Below, piece by piece: positions 8,156-17,210 of a stretch of DNA of 64,000 nucleotides; positions within the stretch are counted from its first letter, which is position 1, and each line of letters opens with the position of its first letter. A model generated the notes under the pieces. That model did not search any database. It was not told where the DNA came from and saw only the letters and a list, made by a program, of their open reading frames with translations. The position numbers and the translations under genes were made by a program. Source of the stretch: a virus; IMG/VR virus record IMGVR_UViG_3300023082_000009, positions 1-64,000 of that record; one strand, 5' to 3'.

Positions 8156-11100
8156 ATGGCCGGTAACGAAAGCAACTTGGACGTAAACATCCGAGGGAAT
8201 GACGGGCTGACCCCCGCGCTCAATCAGATCGAATCCAAACTCATCCGTTTTGTTGGGGCCGTCTCTTCGGCCCTTACTGCCATCAAGGTAGTGGGTTTCC
8301 CTGTACAGGCTGTGCGCCAGTTTGAAGCGCAAATGGCCAACGTGCAGAAGACCACCAACTTCACGGATGGTCAGATCAAGTCCCTGAGCAACTCGCTCGT
8401 GGACATGTCCCGCAAGATCAACATCTCCGCAAACGACCTGGGTGCTATTGCTGCCGCCGCTGGCCAGCAAGGTCTCGGGCGCGAAGGTGTGGATGGTGTA
8501 AAGCAGTTCACCGAAACCGTGTCCCGTATGGCCGCTGTGTTGGACCTCACTGCCGATCAGGCGGGTGCCAACGTCGGTAAGATCGCGTCCGTCTTCAAGG
8601 TGAGCCTGCGGGACATCGAAGGCGTGTCGTCCGCGATCAACCAAGTGTCCAACAACTCGACAGCCACTGGTGAACAACTGCTCGATGTGGTCAAGCGGAT
8701 TGGTAACGCTGCGGGCGCCCTGAACTTGCAACAGACCATCGGCCTCGCCGCTACCGGTCTGGACCTTGGCCAATCGCCAGAAGTCGTGGGTACCTCCTAC
8801 GCCAAGATCTTCGCTGAGATGTTTGCGCGGGCGGACCAGTTCTCGAAGCTCCTGGGCATCAGTACCAAGGAGTGGATGCAGGTTCTCCAGCGCGACGGTA
8901 TTGAAGCCCTCAAGATGTACTACGCCGGGCTGCGTAAGCTGAGTGCCGAGGACCAGCAGAAGACGATCAAGGCGCTGTCGGGCGGCGGTCGTATCGGCGT
9001 GCTCGTGACCAAGGGTGTACAGGACACGGATAACGCCCTCCTGGACCGCAACCTGCGTAATGCTCAGGAAGGCCGGACCTCTGGCACCTCGGCACTGCGC
9101 GAACAGATGACGGTACTGAAAACCCTGGATGCTGAGATCTCCAAACTCAGTAACAGCTTCACTGCCCTGGGCATCAAGTCGGGTGAGGTCTTCGGCCCGA
9201 AACTCGCCGGGTACTTGGCTCAGCTGAACGCTGCCCTGGCCAACCCTGCCGTGATCGCTTTCGCCGAGAACGTGGGCAAGTCGTTCCTGTCCCTGTTCGA
9301 TACCGTTGCGTCCGGCATCAAGTGGATCGCCTCGCTGAATGTCAACTGGGAAAACTTCATCACCGTGGCCAAGGTCATGCTGGGTTTGAAGCTGGCTCAG
9401 TTCTTCCTCTCGATGGCTGGCAGCGTCCCACTCCTGGGTACGGCTCTGCGGGCGGTCGGTCTGCAAGCGATCACAGCCGGTGAGCAGCAGGCCGCAGGTT
9501 CGGCAGCAGCCAACAGCGCCCTGCAAAACCAGATCCTGAAAATCAAGGAGCTGATGGCCGCTCGTGCTACCGCAGCAGCCGCAGCCAAGGCGCAGACAGA
9601 AGCAGAGATCGCGCTCTCGAAAGCCCTGGTAGCCCAGAAGGCCGCAGAGACGAAGAACCTCCAGGCTCAGACGGCCCTGAAAGCACGCAATACTGTGATT
9701 GCCGGTGCATCCGCAGGCATTACCGCAGCCAAAGGTGGTGTGACCGCAGCGCAGGCAGCAGCCGCAGGTAATCTGGGCGCCACCATGCAGGCGCAGAACG
9801 CACGCATCGAGCAAGCCGAGCAGGCCCACCAAGCCCGCCGTACTGCCATCGTCGCCGAGGGTGAGAAAGCCCGTGGTCTGGCCCGTGCGCTGGGTGACAC
9901 TGCATCGGTCAAGTTGGCCAACCAGCTCCAGACCCAGGCCCTCGCCCAGGAGGACGCGTTCCAGGCCCGCTCCCTGACCAGCATCAACTCCTACTACGCC
10001 AAGCGTATCGCCACCGTGCGCGCTGCTGGCCTTGCCGAGGTAGGTGCTGCACAGGCCGGTCTGATGGCGTCCTTCACCCGGTTCGACTCTGTATCCCAGG
10101 GCCGTGGTTTCGCGGTGCTCACCACCAATGCCCGGATGGCGGCTATCGCGTTGCAGCAAGCTGACGCTGCCGTGGTCAAGGCCTCCGCAGATCTGGCCGT
10201 AGCCGACGCTGCTACTCGCAAGTCCGCGACCGGCTGGCTGGCCCTGCGCAATGCCGTGCAGCTGGCCGGTACTGCCTTCCAGGCGATCCTGGGCATCGCT
10301 GCTCGCGTGTTCCTCTGGGCCACCATCATCTACACCGTGCTCGACGCCTTCCACCTCCTGGACGGCATCGGCGGCATCGTGCAGAAGTTCACGGACAAGA
10401 TCGGCCTCACCTCGGAAGCCAGCCGCAAACTCGCACAGGCGGAGCGCGACCGGGCGGATGCTCACGATGCAGCTACTGCCAAGTTGCAGGAAGCGATCAA
10501 AGTCCTGGACACCTTCATCGACAAGCGTGACGGTCTAATCGACAAGGGCTTCGAGGCGCAGCTCAACGCTGGCCTGGGCGACGCTGACCCGAACGTGCAG
10601 AAGAAAGCGCTGGATGACCTCGTGTCCGCAGTAGAGGGCGCCTACGCCAAACTCGACTCCGCCAAGCAGGCAGCCGTGAACCTGCCCGGCATCGCAGATT
10701 CGACCAAAGCTGACCTGGACGCCGTGGTTGCAGAGATCGCCGCAGCCCAGACCCAGATCGAGGCACTGCAAACCAAGCAGCGCACGGGCGCAGGCTCGCG
10801 CTTCGGTGGCATCGCCGAGAACGGCGCCATCAAGGAACTGCAAAACAAGATCACCGAGCTGCAAGGCGTGCAAAAGCTGCTGGAGGCGTCGGTAGGTAAG
10901 ATCGGCCCGAACACTGCGGCAGCTACCGATACCGCCGTGGCCAAGACCCAGCAGAACCTGGAGAAGCTGTCTCAGTACGTGAGCAAGGCTTTCACCAATG
11001 AGTCTGCGGACGCGTTCATCAAGTTCGTGCCTGACTACATCAAGGCCGTGGAAGCGAAGGAGGCTGCCGACAAGGCACTGGCCAAGGCCCAGGAGGAGTA

Positions 11101-13303
11101 CACCCAGTCCCGTGGCACCGCCGAAGAGGAGGTCAAGAAGAAGGTAGTTGAAACGTCGCTGACCATGCTGGAGAGCGCCAACAACGTCGTGGCCCAGGTG
11201 CAGCAGAATCTCGGCGCATACCTGACCCAGATCAAGGCACAGGGCAACCTGGGCGACAACGTGATCGGCTCGCTGGACCGCCTGCCTGAGCTGCTGAATA
11301 ACTCGCTGCCTCAGCTGTCTGCGCTGCTGCGGATCATGCAGGGTATCAAAGGCACTGCCCAAGGCTTCACCGGGGCTCTGGCGCCTCCGAAGGTCACAGC
11401 TCCTACCGGCGATGGCTCCTTCAACCCCGGTGCCAACAGCGGCAAAGGCGAAGCCCGCGCACTGTCCAAGGCCCGCGTGGAGCTGGCCCGTGCCGAGCTG
11501 CAAGCGATTGCCAACCTGGAGAAGCAAGGCGTCACCGAGCAGACCGCTGCCCTGGAGTATGGCTACGGCAAAGGCCTGGAGACGATCCAACGCTACTACG
11601 ACAAGCGCAAGTCGCTGGCCCAGGAGAACCTGGACATCGAGACCCGCTTGAAGACCGACGAGATCTCCGCGCTCAACAAGGAGCTGGGCGAGGCCGAGGT
11701 AGAGAGTGCCCGCGTTCGGGTCAAAGCCCAGATCGTTAAAGCCGAGGGCGACCTCAAGCTGCTGTCTGCCCAGCGCAAAGCGTTGAACGACACCAACGAC
11801 CGCGAACGGGCGGACGCTGTGCGCGACTTCGCTGACAAGCTGATCAACCAGCAGAAGACCCTCGTTGAATACTTCGGCGCGGCAAACGACAGTGAGGCAT
11901 TCAAGGCTTCGCTCGACTCTGCTGCTGCGTCCTACCGTGACTTCGTGCAGAAGCTGCGCACCGAGGCAGAGGGCCAACCTGAGCTGCTGAAACTGGCGGA
12001 TGCTATCGAGACCCAGGGCCGCTTCGAGGCAACCGAGGCCGCGCTGCAATCAATTGCACGGGAAGCCACGCTGACCTCCGGCCAGTTCGACCTCGTGAAC
12101 CAGCGGATCGCCATGCTGCGGGATAACGGCACCATCACCGGGGTTCAAGCCTCGGGTGCGTACGCCGAGATCCGCAAGTCGATCATTGCCGTCAAGGAGG
12201 CGGAGCTGTCGCGGGCGGAGGCACAGCTGGCCCAGCTCTACGATGCCAACAAGGCCCTGGATGAGCAGTCCCTGAAATACAAGGAGCTGGCCCTGACCGT
12301 GGCCGGGTCCAAGCAATCCCTGGAAGTGTTGAAGACGCAAGCCAACGACACCGCCAAGGAAATCAACACCAGCGTCAACGGTGCGTTCAAGCAGCTGTTC
12401 GTGGACCTGTCCAACCCAGACGCAAGCCTGATGGACGCGGTGCGCACCTTCGGCTTGAAGATCCTTAGCTCGCTGACTGACGTTGCAGCAGGTGGTCTGG
12501 CCGATGCACTGACCCAAGGCATGGGCGGTATGGCTGGCGGCCTGGGCGGGATCTTCTCTTCCCTGTTCGGCGGCGACGGCGGCACCGTGGACACCAAGGG
12601 TACTGAGTTGAACCCTATGATCACCAAGGAGTGGGCTGCGGGTACTGGCCTGGGTCTGGGTGGCGACCTCGCCGGTAAAGCGGGTGACGCAGCCAAGGAC
12701 GCCCCGGCAGGCATCATCAGCCAGGGCCTGGACATGGTGACCAACGGGATCGGCAACCTGGGCAGCACCCTCATGGGCGGCCTGTCTTCCCTGGGCGGGG
12801 GTATCGCCAACGTGTTCGGCGGCGGCATCAGCCAACTGATGGGCTTCATCGGCCCGCTGTTCAGTTCCCTGATCGCAGCCATCTTCTCGTCGAGCGCGGC
12901 AAGCGGCACCTCCTCGGCTATCGGGGCGGCAGGTTCGGCAGCCATGATGGCACACACCGGGGGTATCGCAGGTCGGCTGACAATGAGCCGTAGCCATAGC
13001 GCGATGCCAGCAGGCTGGGCTGTGTACCACTCCGGTGGTATCGTAGGCCAGCGCCCTGATGAGGTCTCCGCTCTGCTGCGTAAAGGCGAGGAGGTCATCA
13101 CCCAGGACGACCCACGCCACCGCGACAACCTGAGCAAAGATCAGGAGAAAGGCGGCGGTACCCAGAACATCCGAGTGGTGCCCGTTCTCGACCCAGGCGT
13201 GGTCACCGATGCGATGTCTTCGTCCCAGGGCGAAACCGTGGTCGTGGCTCACATCAAGAAGAACGCGTCGGCTATCCGCCAAGTGCTGAACATCAAGCAA
13301 TAA
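8156..13303 (+). CDS. Tape measure protein
   Basis: 1715 aa, Ala-rich and helical; FEAQMANVQKTT N-terminal block; HTGG/HSGG...GEEVIT C-terminus. Confidence 0.95.
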   Translation: MAGNESNLDVNIRGNDGLTPALNQIESKLIRFVGAVSSALTAIKVVGFPVQAVRQFEAQMANVQKTTNFTDGQIKSLSNSLVDMSRKINISANDLGAIAAAAGQQGLGREGVDGVKQFTETVSRMAAVLDLTADQAGANVGKIASVFKVSLRDIEGVSSAINQVSNNSTATGEQLLDVVKRIGNAAGALNLQQTIGLAATGLDLGQSPEVVGTSYAKIFAEMFARADQFSKLLGISTKEWMQVLQRDGIEALKMYYAGLRKLSAEDQQKTIKALSGGGRIGVLVTKGVQDTDNALLDRNLRNAQEGRTSGTSALREQMTVLKTLDAEISKLSNSFTALGIKSGEVFGPKLAGYLAQLNAALANPAVIAFAENVGKSFLSLFDTVASGIKWIASLNVNWENFITVAKVMLGLKLAQFFLSMAGSVPLLGTALRAVGLQAITAGEQQAAGSAAANSALQNQILKIKELMAARATAAAAAKAQTEAEIALSKALVAQKAAETKNLQAQTALKARNTVIAGASAGITAAKGGVTAAQAAAAGNLGATMQAQNARIEQAEQAHQARRTAIVAEGEKARGLARALGDTASVKLANQLQTQALAQEDAFQARSLTSINSYYAKRIATVRAAGLAEVGAAQAGLMASFTRFDSVSQGRGFAVLTTNARMAAIALQQADAAVVKASADLAVADAATRKSATGWLALRNAVQLAGTAFQAILGIAARVFLWATIIYTVLDAFHLLDGIGGIVQKFTDKIGLTSEASRKLAQAERDRADAHDAATAKLQEAIKVLDTFIDKRDGLIDKGFEAQLNAGLGDADPNVQKKALDDLVSAVEGAYAKLDSAKQAAVNLPGIADSTKADLDAVVAEIAAAQTQIEALQTKQRTGAGSRFGGIAENGAIKELQNKITELQGVQKLLEASVGKIGPNTAAATDTAVAKTQQNLEKLSQYVSKAFTNESADAFIKFVPDYIKAVEAKEAADKALAKAQEEYTQSRGTAEEEVKKKVVETSLTMLESANNVVAQVQQNLGAYLTQIKAQGNLGDNVIGSLDRLPELLNNSLPQLSALLRIMQGIKGTAQGFTGALAPPKVTAPTGDGSFNPGANSGKGEARALSKARVELARAELQAIANLEKQGVTEQTAALEYGYGKGLETIQRYYDKRKSLAQENLDIETRLKTDEISALNKELGEAEVESARVRVKAQIVKAEGDLKLLSAQRKALNDTNDRERADAVRDFADKLINQQKTLVEYFGAANDSEAFKASLDSAAASYRDFVQKLRTEAEGQPELLKLADAIETQGRFEATEAALQSIAREATLTSGQFDLVNQRIAMLRDNGTITGVQASGAYAEIRKSIIAVKEAELSRAEAQLAQLYDANKALDEQSLKYKELALTVAGSKQSLEVLKTQANDTAKEINTSVNGAFKQLFVDLSNPDASLMDAVRTFGLKILSSLTDVAAGGLADALTQGMGGMAGGLGGIFSSLFGGDGGTVDTKGTELNPMITKEWAAGTGLGLGGDLAGKAGDAAKDAPAGIISQGLDMVTNGIGNLGSTLMGGLSSLGGGIANVFGGGISQLMGFIGPLFSSLIAAIFSSSAASGTSSAIGAAGSAAMMAHTGGIAGRLTMSRSHSAMPAGWAVYHSGGIVGQRPDEVSALLRKGEEVITQDDPRHRDNLSKDQEKGGGTQNIRVVPVLDPGVVTDAMSSSQGETVVVAHIKKNASAIRQVLNIKQ
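12044..12059. repeat. Dispersed palindrome copy (in tape measure CDS)
   Basis: CTGCAATCAATTGCAC. Confidence 0.9.
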
Positions 13304-13313
13304 GGAGAAGAGC

Positions 13314-15866
13314 ATGTCTATCAAACTTTGGCCGTTTCGCCCTGACTGGGAGGCTGGCGTTCTTGAACGGCTGGAGTGGCTCACGGACATGATGGCAAGC
13401 ACGAAAGGGGCGGAGCAGCGCCGCCCCCAACGGCTGACGCCTCGCCGTACCTTTGAGGCCACCTTCCTGCCACACGGTCGCCAACGCTCCGTCTTCGATC
13501 TCCTGGTCATGGAGAAGGGTAACGACGATTGGTACATCCCCTTGTGGTTCGACCACGACGTGCTGCGGGAGGACACCCCTGCGGCGCTGACCGAGCTGTA
13601 CACCGACTACGAAGACCGCGAGTTCACAGCTGGCGGTTTGGCCGTTATCAGGCCCGTCACTTCTGCTGACCATGAACACCACACCTTCACCTACGAACTG
13701 GTGCGCGTGGTCAACAGCAAACAGAACCGCCTCGTCGTGGTCCGTGGCCAGGAAGGTACCGTCGCACGCGATTGGCCACGAGGCTCCGAGATCTACCCAG
13801 TACGGCAGGCCCGCTTCATGGACCAGCCAAACGTCAGCATCGTGTCTGCCAGCATCGTGTCGACCAACATGAAGTTCGTGGTCACCGAGCCCAACGAGTG
13901 GCACGGCGGCAAGCATTATTCGGGCTATGGCGACGCCTACGGGCGCAGCTACGGCAAGTACCGCGACGTTTCCCCGCGTACGCCAGCGAAGAACCTGGGG
14001 ACGGTAGCGTCTCCGTGGTTTATGCCAGCGTTCGAGGGCATCCGGGTGATGAACGCCGAGCCCGACTACAACCAGGACATGAGCTACACCTACGACCGCC
14101 TGCTGAACATCCTGGACAACGAGAACGGCATTCCGAAGTACACCGACAGCCTGGGCTTCGCCACTCCTGCCCAGCAGCACACATGGTTCCTCAATGGCCG
14201 CGCCGAGCAGGCTGCCTACCGGACCATGCTGTACTTCCTGCGCGGCAAGGTGAAACCGGTCTGGCTGCCGACCTTCGCGGACGATGTGCAATTGATTGCA
14301 CCGACCCCGGCTGGCCAGAACTGGATCGACATCAGGAAGATCGGGTACACCGACGGCGGGCGGACCGTGATCAGTCGCCAATGCTTGGCCATCCAGAAGA
14401 ACAACGGAGAGTGGCACTTCGCTCGTATCACCGGCTGCGCCAACGTGGGCGACCACGAGCGCCTGGAGCTGAGCATGCACTTCCTGGAAGACCTCAACCC
14501 GAAGGACATCTACAAGATCTCCTTCATGGCCGTGGCTCGCCTGGACCAGGACGGTATCGAGATCAACCACGTCACCGATAACAAGGGCTTGGCCAAGTCG
14601 GTCATCACCTTCCGGGTGGCGCCGAACATTCGCCAGTACGTTCCCTGGGCGGTAACTTGGCCACCGACCTGGAGAGCGTGCGACCGCACCTGCGCCCAGA
14701 TGCCACGCGTGGAAAACATCGTCGGCTTTGGTCTGCCGAACGAAGACTGGAGCATCGAAGACACGATCACCACCACCCAGTACGCATGGCTGTACTACGC
14801 GCTCTGCTACTCGCAGAAGTACATCAGCACCGAGACGCTGGAGCTGGATGAGCTGCAAGAGTATTTTGCGTGGGCTCTCGGTGGGCCGTTCGGCGGGAGG
14901 CCTTGGGTCTACAACCCGCAGAGCGTGATCAACTCCTTCAACTTCCAGTATTACCTCTGGACCGGGTACAACCGCGCCGCGCAGTTGCAGTTCCTGGGAA
15001 CAGTCCTGCCAGATAAGTTCTTGGAAGAGATCGCGTCCTTCGATGACAAGAAGCTGTACGACTACTACATTCGCCAGCAGATGTACTGGAGCTACCAGAC
15101 TTACATGGAGAGCGGGTGGCAGTGCCAGCACCAGAACGTCAAGCTGCACATCCGCAACTGGCTGCCGTTCAAGCGACTGACCGAGATCCCGCAGTCGTGC
15201 AAGAACAACATGCTCGGCAAGTTCTGCGTGCAGTCCACCTACACGCGGTCCCCTATTGACCGGCACCCTACGAACGCCCGAGGGTCTCACAACGTCTACG
15301 CGGCTGGCCTCATCCACGAGATGTTGAAGCACACCTCGCCAGAGTGGCCACTCGACCAAACCCTGCTGGGTCAGTCCTACAGCCACGCGATCATGCCCTA
15401 TAACGGCAACGGCCTGCACTCGTCCTGCGGCTGCCTAGCGTTGCAGTTTGTAGAGTCGCACAACGGCCTGCGCACGCAGCTGTCTGACCCGAGCGACGAC
15501 AGTCAGCAAAAGGTGCTTTGGTGGCACCGGGCGGAGGCTGCGTGGCTCACCCCGGCTCCTTGGCCTAACCAGATCCGCTTGCTCATGTACGACAGCCTGA
15601 CCGGCTATCTTTTGCGGACCCTGGACATGGACGTGGAGAACTACCCGGTGAGCGGCTATGGCACTGAGTTCGACCGACCTGCGTGGCACACCGAGGACGA
15701 CGAGTTCCCTGAGCCGCAGATCTATAACGCCAACTTGGTTGTATTCCGCAAATCGTATGGCCGGGAAGATTCTCAGACCCTGCTGCACCCCGACCCTTGG
15801 GACAATATCTGGAACGTGGTACCACTCAACTCGAAGGGATTTGTGGTAGAAGTCTACCCACGGTAA
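13314..15866 (+). CDS. Distal tail protein with long C-terminal extension
   Basis: WPFRPDW...ERLEWLTD...EQR motif of siphophage tail-tip proteins following the tape measure. Confidence 0.7.
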   Translation: MSIKLWPFRPDWEAGVLERLEWLTDMMASTKGAEQRRPQRLTPRRTFEATFLPHGRQRSVFDLLVMEKGNDDWYIPLWFDHDVLREDTPAALTELYTDYEDREFTAGGLAVIRPVTSADHEHHTFTYELVRVVNSKQNRLVVVRGQEGTVARDWPRGSEIYPVRQARFMDQPNVSIVSASIVSTNMKFVVTEPNEWHGGKHYSGYGDAYGRSYGKYRDVSPRTPAKNLGTVASPWFMPAFEGIRVMNAEPDYNQDMSYTYDRLLNILDNENGIPKYTDSLGFATPAQQHTWFLNGRAEQAAYRTMLYFLRGKVKPVWLPTFADDVQLIAPTPAGQNWIDIRKIGYTDGGRTVISRQCLAIQKNNGEWHFARITGCANVGDHERLELSMHFLEDLNPKDIYKISFMAVARLDQDGIEINHVTDNKGLAKSVITFRVAPNIRQYVPWAVTWPPTWRACDRTCAQMPRVENIVGFGLPNEDWSIEDTITTTQYAWLYYALCYSQKYISTETLELDELQEYFAWALGGPFGGRPWVYNPQSVINSFNFQYYLWTGYNRAAQLQFLGTVLPDKFLEEIASFDDKKLYDYYIRQQMYWSYQTYMESGWQCQHQNVKLHIRNWLPFKRLTEIPQSCKNNMLGKFCVQSTYTRSPIDRHPTNARGSHNVYAAGLIHEMLKHTSPEWPLDQTLLGQSYSHAIMPYNGNGLHSSCGCLALQFVESHNGLRTQLSDPSDDSQQKVLWWHRAEAAWLTPAPWPNQIRLLMYDSLTGYLLRTLDMDVENYPVSGYGTEFDRPAWHTEDDEFPEPQIYNANLVVFRKSYGREDSQTLLHPDPWDNIWNVVPLNSKGFVVEVYPR
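14286..14301. repeat. Dispersed palindrome copy (in tail CDS, reverse orientation)
   Basis: GTGCAATTGATTGCAC. Confidence 0.9.
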
Positions 15867-15878
15867 GAGGAGCAGATC

Positions 15879-16694
15879 ATGAGCGACCAAGAGATGACCA
15901 ACTACGAAGGGCGCCCCGTGCAGCTCTTCGACTTCAACCGGGGCACACTGCATTGGCGGTACGCTCGGGCGGACCAGGACGTGACGTTCCAGGGCAATGT
16001 GTACACGGCGGTTTCCGGCCTGATGGAGACCGGCGTGCAGCAGAAGGTGGACCCTGCGGAGAACGACCTCGCGATCACCGTGCCAGCCGACAGCGACATC
16101 GCTCAGCTGTACGTCAGCGACACCCCAAGCGACCGCATGTACGTGACCATCTGGGTCTACGACCTGGAGGACCAGTCTGGCCGGATGTACTGGAAGGGGT
16201 CGGTAGGCGGTAAGTCCCAGGGCGACAGCGGGGCGGCCAAGCTGAACTGCCAGGATCTGTCCATGGGCTTCACTCGCCGTGGATTGCGGCTGGCCTGGGA
16301 GCGGCAATGCCCTCACACCCTGTACGACAACCAATGCAAGGTCGACCCGCTGGTTTACGAGGTGGAGGGTGCACTGATCCAGGCGCAGGGTGACACCCTG
16401 GTTGCCGCGATCCTGGACAACTTCGTCGACGGGTACTTCGCGGGCGGATTCTGCATGTGGAGGATCGCCGAGGGCATCTACCAGCGCCGAGGGATCGAAA
16501 ACCACGCAGGTAACGCAGTGACCGTGATCGGCGGCGTAAGCACGCTCCAGGCGGGTGACACCGTGTTCTTCTATCCAGGCTGCATGCACACGATTAGTAT
16601 CTGTGCATCGAAGTTTAATAACTTCCTGAACTTCGGCGGTGTCCCCAACCTCAAGGGCGACTCTCCGTTCTCCGGCAACCCAGTATTCAACTAA
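15879..16694 (+). CDS. Tail tip hub protein (DUF2163/BR0599-like, Cys-ligand C-terminus)
   Basis: RQCPHTLYDNQC and GCMHTISICASKFNNFLNFGG motifs. Confidence 0.85.
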   Translation: MSDQEMTNYEGRPVQLFDFNRGTLHWRYARADQDVTFQGNVYTAVSGLMETGVQQKVDPAENDLAITVPADSDIAQLYVSDTPSDRMYVTIWVYDLEDQSGRMYWKGSVGGKSQGDSGAAKLNCQDLSMGFTRRGLRLAWERQCPHTLYDNQCKVDPLVYEVEGALIQAQGDTLVAAILDNFVDGYFAGGFCMWRIAEGIYQRRGIENHAGNAVTVIGGVSTLQAGDTVFFYPGCMHTISICASKFNNFLNFGGVPNLKGDSPFSGNPVFN

Positions 16695-16704
16695 GGGGAA
16701 TCCC

Positions 16705-16983
16705 ATGTCTCAGCACCTGGATGGCCTGACGGTACTCGTCGGGTACTGGCAGATCCTTTACTACATCGCCGTGATCATCGTGAGCTACTTCGTGGGGCAG
16801 GCTATGGCGGCCAAGCCTCAGAAGCCAAAGCCCGCAGCGTTCGGCGACTTCGAGTTCCCGCAGTTCGATGAGTCCACCCCGCAGTGCGTGTTCTGGGGCG
16901 ACAACTGGACGGACGATTGGATGGTTCTCGACTACGGCAACTACCGCAACAAGAAGATCAAATCGAAAGGCAGCAAGAAGTAA
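16705..16983 (+). CDS. Small tail tip assembly protein
   Basis: Hydrophobic N-terminus, FEFPQFDE...VFWGD; conserved position after the hub gene. Confidence 0.7.
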   Translation: MSQHLDGLTVLVGYWQILYYIAVIIVSYFVGQAMAAKPQKPKPAAFGDFEFPQFDESTPQCVFWGDNWTDDWMVLDYGNYRNKKIKSKGSKK

Positions 16984-16994
16984 CAGGAGGCACC

Positions 16995-17210
16995 ATGGAC
17001 GATTACTCGGATGTGCTAGTCGAGATGCGCCACGTACGTGGCCTTTATTGTTCCAGGGGTGCCAAGCGTCTGGGCGAGCACCTGGGCTTCAACTGGCTGG
17101 ACTTTGTAAAGAACGGCATCACCGCAGACAAGCTGCTGGCAACCGGGGACGAGATGGCCCGCAAGCTGGCGATGATCGCTATCGAGGAGAAACAAAATGG
17201 GCGGCGGTAG
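16995..17210 (+). CDS. Small tail assembly protein
   Basis: AGGAGG RBS; YCSRGAK...WLDFVKNGI motif. Confidence 0.7.
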   Translation: MDDYSDVLVEMRHVRGLYCSRGAKRLGEHLGFNWLDFVKNGITADKLLATGDEMARKLAMIAIEEKQNGRR

